From positions 1-36,486 of the forward strand of contig JBBCAX010000388.1 in assembly GCA_051382335.1 (NCBI GenBank): a stretch of 36,486 nt of DNA, written 5' to 3'. A model generated the notes under the pieces. It was not told the origin of the DNA. It saw nothing but the letters and a program-made list of their open reading frames with translations, and ran no database searches. The translations under genes and the position numbers were made by a program. Shown here piece by piece: positions 28,135-36,486 of the stretch. This DNA comes from Deltaproteobacteria bacterium TL4 (GTDB lineage: Bacteria; SAR324; NAC60-12). Positions within the stretch are counted from its first letter, which is position 1, and each line of letters opens with the position of its first letter.

Positions 28135-29838
28135 CTACCTCACACCTAAATTTTTTGGAATCTGAGACATGTTATCGATGTACCACATACAGGCTTTATC
28201 GTTCCACCATTTTTGTTGCCTGACCCCCAGGTCTGTTGCCACCTCATCTGCGGCAATGTACCCTGACGCTAACCATGTCGCGCCAAAAGGATGAATGGAA
28301 TTAGAAAGATACAGGTTTCCAATGAATGTTCTGGAACCACCTTTTAAGACGCCTTGGACAGGACGATTGATGTGAAATTGTTCCGCAATCATGCTGCCAC
28401 CAAGCCAATTTCCCAACACTGCAGAAGGATTATTTCGCTGTTGATCGAGAGGTGTATAAATAATTCGATCTTTGATCAATTTTTTAAATCCTGGAGCAAA
28501 TTTTTCAAAGGTATCGGTCACCTGGTCCGCCATTTCGTACTTAATGGTATCCCACGCCGACAAACCATTCAAATCCCCATTTTTCCAGCTTTTGGGGGCG
28601 GGTGGAGTATCGACCCAAACAAAAGCGGTATGACCGCCTTCGGGGGCTTGTTCCGGATCCGCAAGCGAGGGGACAAACCAGTTACCAAAAATTTTGTCAT
28701 GTATTTTCCGATGAATGAGGTCCTGATTGAATTGCTTCATTTCCTCGGTGGTATCTCCACCAAAGTATCCCATGAAACATCGTTGAATGCCCTCATCATA
28801 ATTCGCTGATGAAAACTGAGGAGCTCCATCCAGCGCGTAATAGACCCCCAGTAAATTTTGCTCATGATAATCAAATTTTTTGATTCTTGCCCCTAACGCG
28901 CCAAGGTGCTCTTCTCCAACGAGGTCCATGAAGGTCGGAATCGCCGTTAAATCACTGACAATTTTCTTGCCCATAATTCGTTCCTTGGGATAAATGGCGT
29001 TTTCCGAGAGAATCACTCCTTTGGCCACCCCTTTTTCCACAATGATTTCTTTAACAGGGCAGCAAGGAAGGATGGTAACGCCGTAAGCCGTGGCGGCTTT
29101 TACGAGCGAGTGAGTCAGTGAGTGAGAGCCGCCTTTGGCTTGATGAACTGGGAAGATAGGTCCGGTCAAAGGCATAATGACCTGTCCTACAGAGCCTACG
29201 GTTTCACGAATTGGGGGAAAACCGCCAATCCAGGCGAGAGACTGCAGGGTGGTTTTGATATGCTCGGATTCAAACATCAGATCCGTAACATCAAAACCAT
29301 TCATTTTCCAAAGTTTATCAAACTCAACCTTCACGCCTACTGTCCCAAAAAGCTCTTCATACAAGGGACCAATGATCTTTTCCACGTCAGGAACAGGAGC
29401 TTTGAAGAGAAAATCGTGCATCGTGTCAATAATGAACGGCAAGCGATTCAACAGCATGAACCCCGCTTTACTGATCACACTCGCATCTTTTTTAGAATGT
29501 TTCTCCCAGCTTTTTTTGGTATCAAAAGCGTTATTGCCTAAAAGTACATTTTTGCCATCCTCAAAAGTTTTAGCGTAAACATAATCCGTTGTTCTGAATT
29601 CCAACCCGAATTTTGATAACTCCAAATCGCCCATTGCAGGACTCATTGGGGTAATGAGCCATGTGGCATGTAAATTATGCAGGAATCCGGGAATTCCAGG
29701 TTCCGTTGTATCGCAATGCGCACCGCATTCGCCTCGAGCTTCCAGAACAATGGTTTTTAGACCCGCTTTGCTGAGATAAGCGGCGCAAGTCAAGCCATTG
29801 ATCCCTCCTCCGATAATGATCACATCATACTCTTCCAT
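28135..29838 (-). CDS. Phytoene dehydrogenase-like FAD oxidoreductase (COG1233), paralog A
   Basis: Motifs YDVIIIGGGINGL, PGFLHNLHA, KGGSHSL, DPEQAPEG and YLSNSIHP. ATG 29838 has a GGAGG RBS. Confidence 0.9.
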   Translation of the reverse strand: MEEYDVIIIGGGINGLTCAAYLSKAGLKTIVLEARGECGAHCDTTEPGIPGFLHNLHATWLITPMSPAMGDLELSKFGLEFRTTDYVYAKTFEDGKNVLLGNNAFDTKKSWEKHSKKDASVISKAGFMLLNRLPFIIDTMHDFLFKAPVPDVEKIIGPLYEELFGTVGVKVEFDKLWKMNGFDVTDLMFESEHIKTTLQSLAWIGGFPPIRETVGSVGQVIMPLTGPIFPVHQAKGGSHSLTHSLVKAATAYGVTILPCCPVKEIIVEKGVAKGVILSENAIYPKERIMGKKIVSDLTAIPTFMDLVGEEHLGALGARIKKFDYHEQNLLGVYYALDGAPQFSSANYDEGIQRCFMGYFGGDTTEEMKQFNQDLIHRKIHDKIFGNWFVPSLADPEQAPEGGHTAFVWVDTPPAPKSWKNGDLNGLSAWDTIKYEMADQVTDTFEKFAPGFKKLIKDRIIYTPLDQQRNNPSAVLGNWLGGSMIAEQFHINRPVQGVLKGGSRTFIGNLYLSNSIHPFGATWLASGYIAADEVATDLGVRQQKWWNDKACMWYIDNMSQIPKNLGVR

Positions 29839-29960
29839 AGGGAACCCTCCACAGTTCAATTTGAATAAAATAATATTAACAAAGAATTACGGGTATAATA
29901 AAAAACAAGAAAGATCACACACCTCGGCGGGCGTTTGCTCGTTACAACGATTTTCCCAGC

Positions 29961-30353
29961 TTATGACTCCAACTCCTCTTCTTCGTCAGAAGACTCTTGT
30001 TGCCGCAAACGAGTTCGAACAGGTCTGGAAGGATTCATCATATTTTCATAGGCATTGTTGACACTCTCTTCCAAATTCTCAGGGACCTGATATTTTTGAC
30101 GGTTAAACAGGTAAAGTACATACCTGAACAGATTCAAAATCGTTAATTTAAGGACACAATAATTAAACAATAACTTCATCAGTCCCGCAATGTCTTCAGG
30201 TTCCACCGTAATCTTGAATTCCCAGTGTACCGGATCTGTAATTTTACCAAGGATGATCACATTAGAACCGTTATCAGGGTCTTTTTTGACAATATACTCC
30301 CGACAGTCCATCTTTAACTCCCTTTTTCCCAAGCCTTTCGACCACATTCTCAT
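29961..30353 (-). CDS. Hypothetical protein (MRMWSKGLG...)
   Basis: 130 aa ORF with a GGAGG RBS and an acidic tail, co-oriented in the cluster. Confidence 0.75.
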   Translation of the reverse strand: MRMWSKGLGKRELKMDCREYIVKKDPDNGSNVIILGKITDPVHWEFKITVEPEDIAGLMKLLFNYCVLKLTILNLFRYVLYLFNRQKYQVPENLEESVNNAYENMMNPSRPVRTRLRQQESSDEEEELES

Positions 30354-30432
30354 AACAACCTCCGCTGATAAAATGGTGATTCGATGTTACTGCTGAGCAC
30401 TCTGCCAGAGTCATCCTTATTTTTTTTTACCC

Positions 30433-31446
30433 TCAAGACATCAACCAGTTTCTGAGACTCTTTCTGACCTCTTCCAAAATCAAACGGGATTTCAAAATAA
30501 GGTCGGTATCCAGACTTCCCGCAATTTCTTCCAACTTCCCAACGACTTCATTTTCATAAATGGGTAGTTCCGGATCTCTCAGATACGCTGTACCTTTTTC
30601 CAGTTTTCTAATGACATGCCCCAGCACATTCAAGAACTTTCCAGCCGTTACCCCATCAATTTTTTCGAGCTGTAAGAGCACAAGCTCTGTGAGTTCATCT
30701 TCCGAAAGGTGTTTAAAGCGATCAAGAATTTCGTGAAGAGGTCCCATTAGCGCATTCAATGATGCAGGAATCAGCCCCAACAAATCTGTCATTTTTTCAG
30801 GGGATTTCCACAACTCTGTGTTGACTATTTTTGTGAATTCAATAAAGTCCGCCTGTGATTTTTTGACAAATTCCTGCAAGATCCCAAAATCAAAACGTTC
30901 CATGCCTTCAGCAACCGAGGCTTTTAAATGATCGGAGATGAACGTTTCCTTCCGGTCATGGACCTCATTAAGCATTCTGCCAAAGGAGGCCATCCCTTCG
31001 CCAACCTGCCCCAGATTCAGTTGGGACACAATATTTCCTAAAAATTCTTCTTTTTTTTCAGGAGGAAGGGTTTCAATGGTCTGAGTCACCTGAACCGACA
31101 TCCCAATCACATGATTCACCAGCGTAATGAACTGATCTCCCAAATTTTCTAAATGGCCAGGATCTTCAAGGATGGAGGAGGAAGGCAGCGATTGACTGGA
31201 TTCGTGGATTCCTATAAAAGTGCTTTTAATACTTCGTTCAACAGGAAGGGTCATCCATTTCTTGAGACGACTGTTTCCTGCCCAAATATTGAGCATTTCA
31301 GGAATTAACGAAGCAATGAGTTTTTTAAATTCCCACGTTTTAGCAATTTCAACGACCAGTTTTTCAATATCCTGATCATTGATCCCACGAAATTTTCCAT
31401 GAGTGGAACGACTACTTTCTTTGATATTATCGACGGTACGAACCAT
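30433..31446 (-). CDS. Hypothetical all-helical protein with internal repeats
   Basis: 337 aa ORF with recurring LNLG / FDFG / IDG / LDT helix-cap motifs. No catalytic motif recognised. Confidence 0.75.
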   Translation of the reverse strand: MVRTVDNIKESSRSTHGKFRGINDQDIEKLVVEIAKTWEFKKLIASLIPEMLNIWAGNSRLKKWMTLPVERSIKSTFIGIHESSQSLPSSSILEDPGHLENLGDQFITLVNHVIGMSVQVTQTIETLPPEKKEEFLGNIVSQLNLGQVGEGMASFGRMLNEVHDRKETFISDHLKASVAEGMERFDFGILQEFVKKSQADFIEFTKIVNTELWKSPEKMTDLLGLIPASLNALMGPLHEILDRFKHLSEDELTELVLLQLEKIDGVTAGKFLNVLGHVIRKLEKGTAYLRDPELPIYENEVVGKLEEIAGSLDTDLILKSRLILEEVRKSLRNWLMS

Positions 31447-31593
31447 GGCAAATACCCCATCCCTTTAAGTTAACTTGAGCGTTGTCAGTTTTCCTCAAAA
31501 TCCAGGTGACTTTGGCCGCGCATTCTATCCCGCTTTTTTCATGAATTCAATTTCCATTTCGGTCAAAATAGAATCAGGCTTTGGCCGAAAGTA

Positions 31594-33003
31594 TCATTTG
31601 ATGGAATTTTCGAGTGCTTCCAGGGAGTCTCTGAGGCATTGTCCAAAAAAACCCATATCCGGAACAAGACGTTCATAGGTTGCGGCACCGATCATGAGGA
31701 TGTCATTGTAACTAAAGATGGACATCACCAGTCCAATCCCGTCTAGCAAGGGCGGGAGTGGATCATGAAAAATGAGTTTTGCCCCGCCAAAATAGCGTGG
31801 TGCGGAAGGACCAGGAACATTGCTAATGGTGAGATTGCAGAGAGGTTTATGCAGTTGACAAATTCTCAGCCGACTATAGACCTCCAAGGATGCGACAGCG
31901 AGCGCGTAAGGAATGAATTGGTTGAGATTAGCCTTTGTTTTCGAATCTGAGGCTTTGTGGATATTTTTTAAGTAAATCGCATGGTCCCGAATGCGTTCAA
32001 GTCGCTTTAAAGGATCCGCTTCTTGAGTCGCTAAAGAAATCATCCTGATGGACACCTGATTTCCAGAATGCCCCCACTCGTCTTTGGTATGAAAAGACAT
32101 CGGAACCGCAGCAATTAAATCCTCTTCCGGCAGTTCCTGTTTTTGCATTAAATAAGAGCGTAGACCTCCCGCGCAGATGGTCAGAATGACATCATTGACA
32201 GTGGCATGGGTCGCGTTTTTAAGGTGATGAATTCGCTTGATGGGAATGATCTCGTTATGAAAGACACGATCCCGACTAGCATAAGTGTTAAAACGAGTTT
32301 TCGTCGCACCAAACATTTTGTGAGCGGGGAATTTCTGAGTTTGTTTTACAGAATTGGTGCTTTGCATGGAAGAGATCAACTTGGGCGCAACTTTCACCAA
32401 TTCGATGGGTTTTTTCGCAAAGTTTCTGACGGTTCGAGTGAGCAATTCCGTTTTGGAAGGCATCAACTCAGGAGTCCAGGGTTGAGGTTCAGCGATGAGT
32501 CCTGAATCTGGCGTATGGTCTAAAAATTTTTCCAACATGCTGATTCCGGAAATTCCATCAATCGCCGCATGATGCATTTTGAACAACAGGACAAACGAAC
32601 CTGGAACGAGATTTTCTATATGTTCAAAGCCTTCAATAAAAATCATCTTCCACAAGGGTTTGCTGCGATCAAAGGGAATCTTGATCTCTTGATGGGCAAT
32701 CCGAAGAATTTCCTTTCGTGTGGCACTCGCCGGTAATTTAATCAACTGAACATGATTATCCAGTTTGAAATCCGGATCTTCAATCCAATAAGGATAGTCC
32801 AGATTCATCGGCACTTCCACAAGACGCTGACGGAAAAACCTGGAAACGTGAAGGCGAGAGGCTACCAGTTTTCGATATCGACCAAAATCAAAGGGTCTTC
32901 CAAGTGTGGAAACATCAAAATACATCGCAGTCAAAAGATTCATTGGGGCTCTGGATGTTTCCAAACAAAGGAACGTCCCATCAACACCTGTAACTTGTTT
33001 CAT
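31594..33003 (-). CDS. Wax ester synthase / diacylglycerol acyltransferase (WS/DGAT)
   Basis: Catalytic MHHAAIDG, plus PYWIEDPDF, FDRSKPLW, TVNDV, GNQVS and ISNVPGP. Confidence 0.95.
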   Translation of the reverse strand: MKQVTGVDGTFLCLETSRAPMNLLTAMYFDVSTLGRPFDFGRYRKLVASRLHVSRFFRQRLVEVPMNLDYPYWIEDPDFKLDNHVQLIKLPASATRKEILRIAHQEIKIPFDRSKPLWKMIFIEGFEHIENLVPGSFVLLFKMHHAAIDGISGISMLEKFLDHTPDSGLIAEPQPWTPELMPSKTELLTRTVRNFAKKPIELVKVAPKLISSMQSTNSVKQTQKFPAHKMFGATKTRFNTYASRDRVFHNEIIPIKRIHHLKNATHATVNDVILTICAGGLRSYLMQKQELPEEDLIAAVPMSFHTKDEWGHSGNQVSIRMISLATQEADPLKRLERIRDHAIYLKNIHKASDSKTKANLNQFIPYALAVASLEVYSRLRICQLHKPLCNLTISNVPGPSAPRYFGGAKLIFHDPLPPLLDGIGLVMSIFSYNDILMIGAATYERLVPDMGFFGQCLRDSLEALENSIK

Positions 33004-33258
33004 ACAACCTGGATTCTTATTGAAGGCACCTTACTTGAGTAAGAAATCATAAATTTTCCCGTTCATGAGATAAAGTCAGAGAGGCTTAATCTACGAAATT
33101 TTTCGTCAGGATCAAGACGAACCCGTCAATGAGGATAAAGAATCTTCAGTTGAGACCGAAGTTAATTGAAGCAACGTCACTTCTGAGGGAATTCCCCCCG
33201 CAATGGAGGTCCCCAATAGCCTGTACAGTGGCTGACATAGATCCAGGTCTTCTCATGG

Positions 33259-34629
33259 TTACAAACGAGCCTGAACGCTAAAGGTAATTGAGAGGTAAAT
33301 GGTGATGCCCAGAATATCGTTAGCAGTGGTTATGAACGGGCCTGTCGATAAAGCAGGATCCATGTTGAAGTGCTTGAGGATCATAGGAACAGCGGTTCCG
33401 ACCAACGTTGCCAGGCAGACTACCAGAAACAGCGCTACACCTGTGGTAATCCCCATAGCCATGCGATCGGTAAGACTCCAGGCCATGAGAAAAATGATGA
33501 GGGAGCAGCCGAATCCATTGAGAAATCCGACCCGCAATTCGCGCCAACTTCGTTGGATCAGATCGACAGGACGCAGTTCACCGGTCGCCAAACCTCGCAC
33601 GATCAGGGAAGAGGATTGAATGCCAACATTACCTCCAAGTGCGGCAATCAATGGAATGAAGTAGGCGGCTTGGGGCAACTTGGAAATAGCGCTTGAATAG
33701 CCGCTGATCACGATGGCCGCAAGATAACTGCCCCCCAATCCCAAAAGCAGCCAGGGGAGACGATCTTTGCTGGCACGGAAAACGGAGGGTTCCAAAACCT
33801 CTTCATCTCCAGTTCCTGCCATCTGACCAATATCGTCCACATATCTTTCATGCATCACATCCATCAAATCATCACTGGTGATGCGTCCGATCAGTCTCAA
33901 GTATTTGTCCACGACCGGAACCGTGACCAGATTGTAATCCTGCGCAATTCGAGCCACTTGTTCCTGGTCCTGATCCACATGGACAGAGATGACTTTGGGA
34001 TCCATCAAATCCTTAATGAAGTGTTTTTCGTCGGCGAGAAACAATTGGGACAGGCTGATGAACCCGATCAGATGGTGGTACTCATCAATGACGTAAATGT
34101 TGTAAAAACTTTTCAGATCCTTTTCTTCACTATAGATACGGATACTACGGGCAGCCTCCTTCACAGTGAGTTCCTTTCTCACGGAAACCACATAGGGATC
34201 CATGATTCCGCCAGCACTTTTTTCGTCATATTGAAGCAAGGAAATCATTTCCTGACGATACGCTGCTGGTAAAGTGGCCATGACTTCACTGGCTTTCTCC
34301 TCATCCAGTACAGAGATCAGATCTGCCGCATCGTCCCGATCCATTTCCTCAATCAGCGTTCCCAACCGTTGTAGATTCATTTGTTCTACAATCTCTTCAA
34401 CAACGGGGGAATGTTGGTGCAGGTAATTCAGGACTTTCGATGCACGCGCCGTCTCCAATAACTCAAACACGATCATTTGATGTTTCAATTTCAGTTGAAG
34501 AAGGCTGAATGCGATGTCCACAGTTCCCATGTCTTTCAGCAAGATCCTCAACGCTTCCAGTTTTTGAGAGTTAACCAGCTTTCTGATCAGCTTATGATAG
34601 GTATCTCTGTATTTTTCGTCATAGGACAT
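33259..34629 (-). CDS. mgtE: Magnesium transporter MgtE
   Basis: MgtE_N plus CBS pair, then RLPWL, GGNVGIQS and DPALSTGPFITTANDI. Confidence 0.96.
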   Translation of the reverse strand: MSYDEKYRDTYHKLIRKLVNSQKLEALRILLKDMGTVDIAFSLLQLKLKHQMIVFELLETARASKVLNYLHQHSPVVEEIVEQMNLQRLGTLIEEMDRDDAADLISVLDEEKASEVMATLPAAYRQEMISLLQYDEKSAGGIMDPYVVSVRKELTVKEAARSIRIYSEEKDLKSFYNIYVIDEYHHLIGFISLSQLFLADEKHFIKDLMDPKVISVHVDQDQEQVARIAQDYNLVTVPVVDKYLRLIGRITSDDLMDVMHERYVDDIGQMAGTGDEEVLEPSVFRASKDRLPWLLLGLGGSYLAAIVISGYSSAISKLPQAAYFIPLIAALGGNVGIQSSSLIVRGLATGELRPVDLIQRSWRELRVGFLNGFGCSLIIFLMAWSLTDRMAMGITTGVALFLVVCLATLVGTAVPMILKHFNMDPALSTGPFITTANDILGITIYLSITFSVQARL

Positions 34630-34693
34630 GTTAACTCTCTGTCAGGAGACAAGTGTGGTTGATGACTCGTTGTTTTTGACTTACTCCTGAGCA

Positions 34694-36256
34694 TCAAAAT
34701 GAAACAGTGTTGAAATCGTAATAGAAAAACATAGTGATGATTCCTGACGCACCGATGATACAAAAGGAAGAGAGTAGTTTTTTAAAGAGTCCAATATTTC
34801 CAAAGCTAAAAACCAAAAAGAGTTTCATGAACGTGTTGGAAAGAGCACCTAAGACCAGATTGAAGCTTGCCCAATCCAGACTGAGTGTTCCGGCTTGCTG
34901 TGCATCGCTGATTGAAAACGCAATCGCATCCGCATCGGTTAAGCCGCTAACAATCGCAACCACAGGCAGCCAGGCACTCCCGAGATACGTTGTTGCGAGA
35001 CGGGTGATCATTAAAATCAAACCAAAAACAGCGGCGAAGGAAATTGCGGATCTTAAGTTAAAAGGGTTTTGGAAAGAAACGGATTCCTGCGGCTTTTCAT
35101 CATGCTTGGATCGGACAAAATAAAATAGGGATAATAGCAATCCGACACCTCCCATCATCAAGATGGGGAGTGCCATTTTTTTCATTAGCTCCTGATTCAC
35201 CACACCGATTTCCAAAAGCAATCTGGGAAACATAATTGAGCCTGCCAAGATGATAGCAACCGCAAATTTTTCGTTCATTTCAGGATGTTCTTTGCTTCGT
35301 TTGGCGAAACTCAAAGTAGTTACTGTACTTGAAACCAATCCGCCGACAAGCCCCGTCAACCCGATCCCCGCGGCGCTCCCCAAAACTTTGATCAGAATAT
35401 ACCCTACAAAACTGACCAAAGAAACCAGGACCACAATGAGCCAAATTTTATAGGGATTTAAAGGGGACATCATGATACTGACAAATTCAACACTGAACTC
35501 CTGACGTGCTTGAAAGTCGGCTTTAACGTTAGCAATGGTTTTGTCTAAAAATTTGGCTACCACTTCGTTGTGTGCGATGGTAATCACATTAGCCTTGCCT
35601 ACAAATTTTCCGTTTTTCGTAAAAATCAGAGTATTTTCATTGAGCTCTACGCGATGTGTTCCCTCCAGATGAATATTCAACGTTCCCTGAATGGAATCCA
35701 CTGAGGTGACAGTGCCGATATTATTCGCTAAGTAGGTATCCATGGATTGATTAGGCAAAATAGGCAAGATGATGAACGTGATCGTTAGAAATTTAAAAGC
35801 GGCTTGAATTTCAGTATGTTGAATCTTGGATGTGAAACTTTTAATAGCCTGTCTTTGATATAAAATTCCAATGGTAACAATCGCCAAGGCAACCGCAATT
35901 TCTCTGGCATCCGCAATCATGAGAACCCCTAGGAAGAAAGTCATGATGGCGCTGGCCTCAGTAGTAAAGCCAGCATCTTCGTCCTCATTTTGATCCGCCC
36001 AGTATCCTGAGATGAGAATACTTAAAAACCCAAAAAAACCTGCAATCAAGATCCACGCGTTGTCCCATTTAACGGCCGTAAAGGCACTGGTCGCTCCTAA
36101 CAAGGCAAAGAGCACAAAATCACGGACACCCAGATGATAGTTCCCTCTAGCCGAATCTTCGGCAATTGTATGTTCTCTTTCGAGTCCGATTAAAAATCCT
36201 AACAACCCGGCAAGTCCAAATTGAATAAACACTTTTAACAGAGCATCTTCGTGCAT
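34694..36256 (-). CDS. MgtC/SapB plus DUF4010 membrane protein with an inserted soluble domain
   Basis: Motifs GFLIGLERE, GVRDF, GFTTE, LNPYKIW, GGLVSST and SGLTDADAI. ATG 36256 with an AGGAAGG RBS. Confidence 0.88.
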   Translation of the reverse strand: MHEDALLKVFIQFGLAGLLGFLIGLEREHTIAEDSARGNYHLGVRDFVLFALLGATSAFTAVKWDNAWILIAGFFGFLSILISGYWADQNEDEDAGFTTEASAIMTFFLGVLMIADAREIAVALAIVTIGILYQRQAIKSFTSKIQHTEIQAAFKFLTITFIILPILPNQSMDTYLANNIGTVTSVDSIQGTLNIHLEGTHRVELNENTLIFTKNGKFVGKANVITIAHNEVVAKFLDKTIANVKADFQARQEFSVEFVSIMMSPLNPYKIWLIVVLVSLVSFVGYILIKVLGSAAGIGLTGLVGGLVSSTVTTLSFAKRSKEHPEMNEKFAVAIILAGSIMFPRLLLEIGVVNQELMKKMALPILMMGGVGLLLSLFYFVRSKHDEKPQESVSFQNPFNLRSAISFAAVFGLILMITRLATTYLGSAWLPVVAIVSGLTDADAIAFSISDAQQAGTLSLDWASFNLVLGALSNTFMKLFLVFSFGNIGLFKKLLSSFCIIGASGIITMFFYYDFNTVSF

Positions 36257-36452
36257 TTGATAACCTTCCTGATGAAACGTCCGCATAGCGAGAAAAATTT
36301 TTGCCTGGTACAAACGTTGAGGTGAATTTGTTTTAGATCAGCTCGGTGAGCCTTGGAGTGACCGTATGTAATGTTAACAGGGGGTTGGTCACATTTTCGG
36401 CCATGTGTCAAAAAACGGTCTTTGATTTACCACCTGGTTTGGGTTTTGTTCC

Positions 36453-36478
36453 GTAGGGGCAGACCTGTGTGTCTGCCC
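36453..36478 (+). repeat. GTAG-type REP sequence
   Basis: GTAG-GGGCAGAC-ctgtgt-GTCTGCCC: GTAG tetranucleotide followed by an 8-bp stem. Confidence 0.8.
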
Positions 36479-36486
36479 GGGATCAG

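Noticed and set aside
26535..29838. Carotenoid biosynthesis (crtI) assignment
   Set aside because: No phytoene synthase or other crt genes in the window, so only family-level similarity can be supported.
33004..33258. Structured RNA between mgtE and the WS/DGAT gene
   Set aside because: Only short imperfect hairpins (e.g. acgaaatttttcgt near 33093), with no recognisable riboswitch consensus.

Overview
Bacterial chromosomal window, roughly 40-45% GC by eye. The gene content (ccmF/G/H, PepN, non-discriminating-type AspRS, many soluble kinases) fits a deltaproteobacteria-like lineage such as SAR324, but that taxonomy is only a guess. About 26 intact CDSs. From left to right: a YbgC-type thioesterase; a minus-strand TPR / membrane protein / SBP-vWA / mini-vWA operon; an unannotated RsbW-like gene remnant; an ODP (di-iron MBL-fold) gene coupled to a degenerate soluble chemoreceptor-like gene; two soluble hybrid kinases, one lacking its phospho-accepting His; a housekeeping run (aspS, ddl, trmL, YrdC/YciO, FabH-like); a cNMP-PAS-HPt-CheA-like kinase with no CheW domain; pepN; ccmF-ccmG-ccmH interrupted by an antisense lipoprotein and a MITE; moeB; a lipid/hydrocarbon-type cluster (WS/DGAT, two unknown proteins, two tandem COG1233 flavoproteins resembling a CtmAB-type heterodimer); mgtE; and a MgtC-DUF4010 protein with a large insertion. 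The intergenic DNA holds several distinct miniature palindromic elements in which GTAG-type REP doublets sit inside IS-like terminal inverted repeats. One has a perfect 8-bp target-site duplication and another family occurs twice, 16.7 kb apart. No rRNA, tRNA, CRISPR array or intact transposase was seen.
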